A stretch of DNA of 64,000 bases, from NCBI RefSeq assembly GCF_030028105.1, contig NC_092395.1, positions 43,862,459 to 43,926,458 of the forward strand, read 5' to 3'. The stretch comes from Mobula birostris (Eukaryota). Under the pieces are notes generated by a model, which saw only the letters and a list, made by a program, of their open reading frames with translations, made no database searches and had not been told where the DNA came from. The position numbers and the translations under genes are program-made. Positions 63,826-64,000 of this stretch are shown one piece after another. The first letter of the stretch is position 1. Every line of letters begins with the position of its first letter.

Positions 63826-64000
63826 CCACAACTCCTCATTTGTTTGGTTCAATCTTTCACAAATTTCTGCAAAATTTTAAAGCTGAATATCATCTTTGAT
63901 TTCAATGGAAAACAAACAAACAAAGCAATGGGGATGAATTCATTGTGACCTATTTAAACAATCAGCCTCAAACAATATTTCTTTCCCCGAGATTTCAGTC

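Overview
Vertebrate genomic DNA, most likely from a cartilaginous fish (inferred from the cluster-type immunoglobulin layout and the repeat families). It holds a tandem array of three minus-strand immunoglobulin light-chain clusters whose V resembles the sigma isotype, with C exons about 21-24 kb apart. Cluster 1 has an intact C exon (1231-1553) and an unrearranged J with a 23-bp RSS; the J carries a 5-nt deletion and has no intact V upstream. Cluster 2 has an octamer/TATA promoter, a leader exon, a pre-joined VJ exon with no RSS (28955-29311) and an intact C (24909-25231); its V is inactivated by a GT>GA leader donor and an in-frame TAA. Cluster 3 is a truncated C pseudo-exon (~46290-46399) hit by two insertions. 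Five weaker, decayed V-like relics in both orientations lie between the clusters. The rest is mostly CR1, Rex1/Babar, RTE, Penelope-like, Gypsy and hAT remnants plus microsatellites. Repeat boundaries are approximate unless a junction is described. All comparisons were made by eye; no database search was run.
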